From Candidatus Stammera capleta (lineage in GTDB: Bacteria; Pseudomonadota; Gammaproteobacteria; Enterobacterales; Enterobacteriaceae): a DNA stretch of 64,000 nucleotides. Under the pieces are notes generated by a model, which was not told where the DNA came from, made no database searches, and was given only the letters and a program-made list of their open reading frames with translations. The position numbers and the translations under genes are program-made. Location of the stretch: NCBI GenBank assembly GCA_036689415.1, contig CP144817.1, positions 42,253 to 106,252 on the forward strand. Reading direction: 5' to 3'. Shown piece after piece: positions 62,505 to 64,000 of the stretch (its first letter is position 1; each line of letters begins with the position of its first letter).

Positions 62505-64000
62505 ATGTTTATTAAATTATTTTCATATATTTTTGGTAATAAAAATAAAAAAAAAATTAATTATTTTTATGATATTATAGATAAAATAGTTAGTTTAAAA
62601 AAAGTATTTTCTAAATATCCTGATTTTATTATAAAAAATAATACAGATATATATCGTAATATATTATGTTCTAATAATAATATTTACAATAATAATTATA
62701 TTTTACCTTATATATTTACTAATATATATGAAGCTATTAAGAGAATTTTTGGAATTGAGTTATTTGATGTTCAATTATTAGGGGCATTATCATTATATAG
62801 TGGTTATATTATTGAAATGAAAACTGGTGAAGGTAAAACTATTACATCTACTTTACCTGCTTATTTTTATTCTTTATTTAATAAAGGTGTTCATATAATT
62901 ACTATAAATGATTATTTAGCTAAAAGAGATTGAACTAATAATACTAAATTATTTAATTTTTTGGGTTTAAGTGTTGGTTTAAATTTATCTGGTATGTCTT
63001 TAATAGAAAAAAAAAGATCTTATTTATGTGATATTACTTATGGTACTAGTAGTGAATTTGGTTTTGATTATTTACGTGATAATATGGTTTTTTCAAAAAA
63101 TGATAAAGTTCAAAGAAAAAAATTATATTATGCTATTTTAGATGAAATAGATTCTATTTTAATAGATGAATCTAGAACTCCTCTTATTATTTCTAGTTCA
63201 GATAATAATGTAAATAATATTTATAAAAAAATAAATAAAATTATTTTTGATTTAAAACCTATATATAAAGAAAGTTTTAATTATAGAATTAGTGATGGTG
63301 ATTTTATAATTAATAAAAAAAATAATCAAGTTTATTTAACTGAAAATGGTTTTATAAATTTAGAGAAATTATTTGTGAGTCATAATGTAGTTAGTGAAAA
63401 TGAAATTTTTTATACATCTAAAAATATAAATATTATTAATTATTTAATTTGTTTATTAAAAGCTTATTATATTTATAAAAAAAATATAGATTATTTAGTT
63501 GATAATAATAAAGTTATAATTATAGATAAAAATACAGGTAGAATGGTTCCTGATAGAAGATGATCTGATGGAATACATCAAGCTTTAGAAATTAAGGAAA
63601 ACGTTAAAGTTAATAATGAAAATAAAATATCTGCTTATATAACTTTTCAAAATTATTTTCGTATTTATGAAAAAATATGTGGTATGACAGGTACTGCTAT
63701 TACTGAGGCTTCTGAATTTAATTTAATTTATAATTTAGATATTATTGTTATTCCTACTAATAAACCTATGATTCGTATTGATTATGATGATTTAGTATAT
63801 TTAACAGAAAAAGAAAAAATATATTCTATAATAAAGGATATAAAAAGTAAACATATTAAAGGACAACCTATTTTAGTAGGTACTACTTCTATAGAAAAAT
63901 CGGAATATTTATCTAATTTATTATTTAAATTTGGTATAAAAAATAATGTTTTAAATGCTAAATATCATATGTTTGAAGCTGATATTATTTCTCAGGCTGG
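62505..64000 (+). CDS. secA: Preprotein translocase ATPase SecA, 5' part (continues past the window end)
   Basis: [72 protein letters not shown] and RRW (TGA) [12 protein letters not shown] are present. The same-frame pieces are still open at 64000. Confidence 0.93.

Overview
The window is a gene-dense stretch of an extremely AT-rich, highly reduced proteobacterial genome of the obligate-endosymbiont type. It reads UGA as Trp (translation table 4). The supplied standard-code ORF track therefore splits most genes at TGA. Joining same-frame pieces restores about 65 full-length housekeeping genes.

Genes in order:
- The rpsC to rplQ part of the S10-spc-alpha ribosomal cluster, including secY and rpoA but no rpmD.
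- glyQ and glyS.
- A minus-strand mrdA-rodA-dacA-mnmA block.
- pgi, rpsT, rsmA, ileS.
- dnaK-dnaJ, glyA, tsaB.
- rodZ-hisS-der, rnpB, cysS, tRNA-Arg(UCU).
- lon-clpX-clpP, nusB, infA, trxB, serS, dusA, rpsA, ssb, dnaB, rsmD.
- rpoH-hslV-hslU, rpmE, murA.
- A dcw-type cluster rsmH-murE-murF-mraY-murD-murG-murC-ddl, a small antisense basic ORF, and the 5' part of secA.

Stop codons are TAA, with TAG for rpsD and murF, and never TGA. Shine-Dalgarno-like GGAG/AAGG motifs are kept upstream of many genes. Intergenic spacers are almost pure A/T. From memory the combination resembles Zinderia-type betaproteobacterial insect symbionts, but I cannot verify that without a search.

I found no mobile element, CRISPR array, prophage or defence island. 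The most notable feature is a complete-looking peptidoglycan precursor pathway plus elongasome genes (PBP2, RodA, RodZ, DacA). The dcw cluster has cleanly lost every divisome gene at its canonical positions (ftsL, ftsI, ftsW, ftsQ, ftsA, ftsZ).

Secondary observations are:
- a full-length pgi with substitutions at canonical catalytic residues;
- a putative DciA-like ORF next to secA;
- rnpB starting 2 nt after der;
- an unexplained structured interval between hslU and rpmE.
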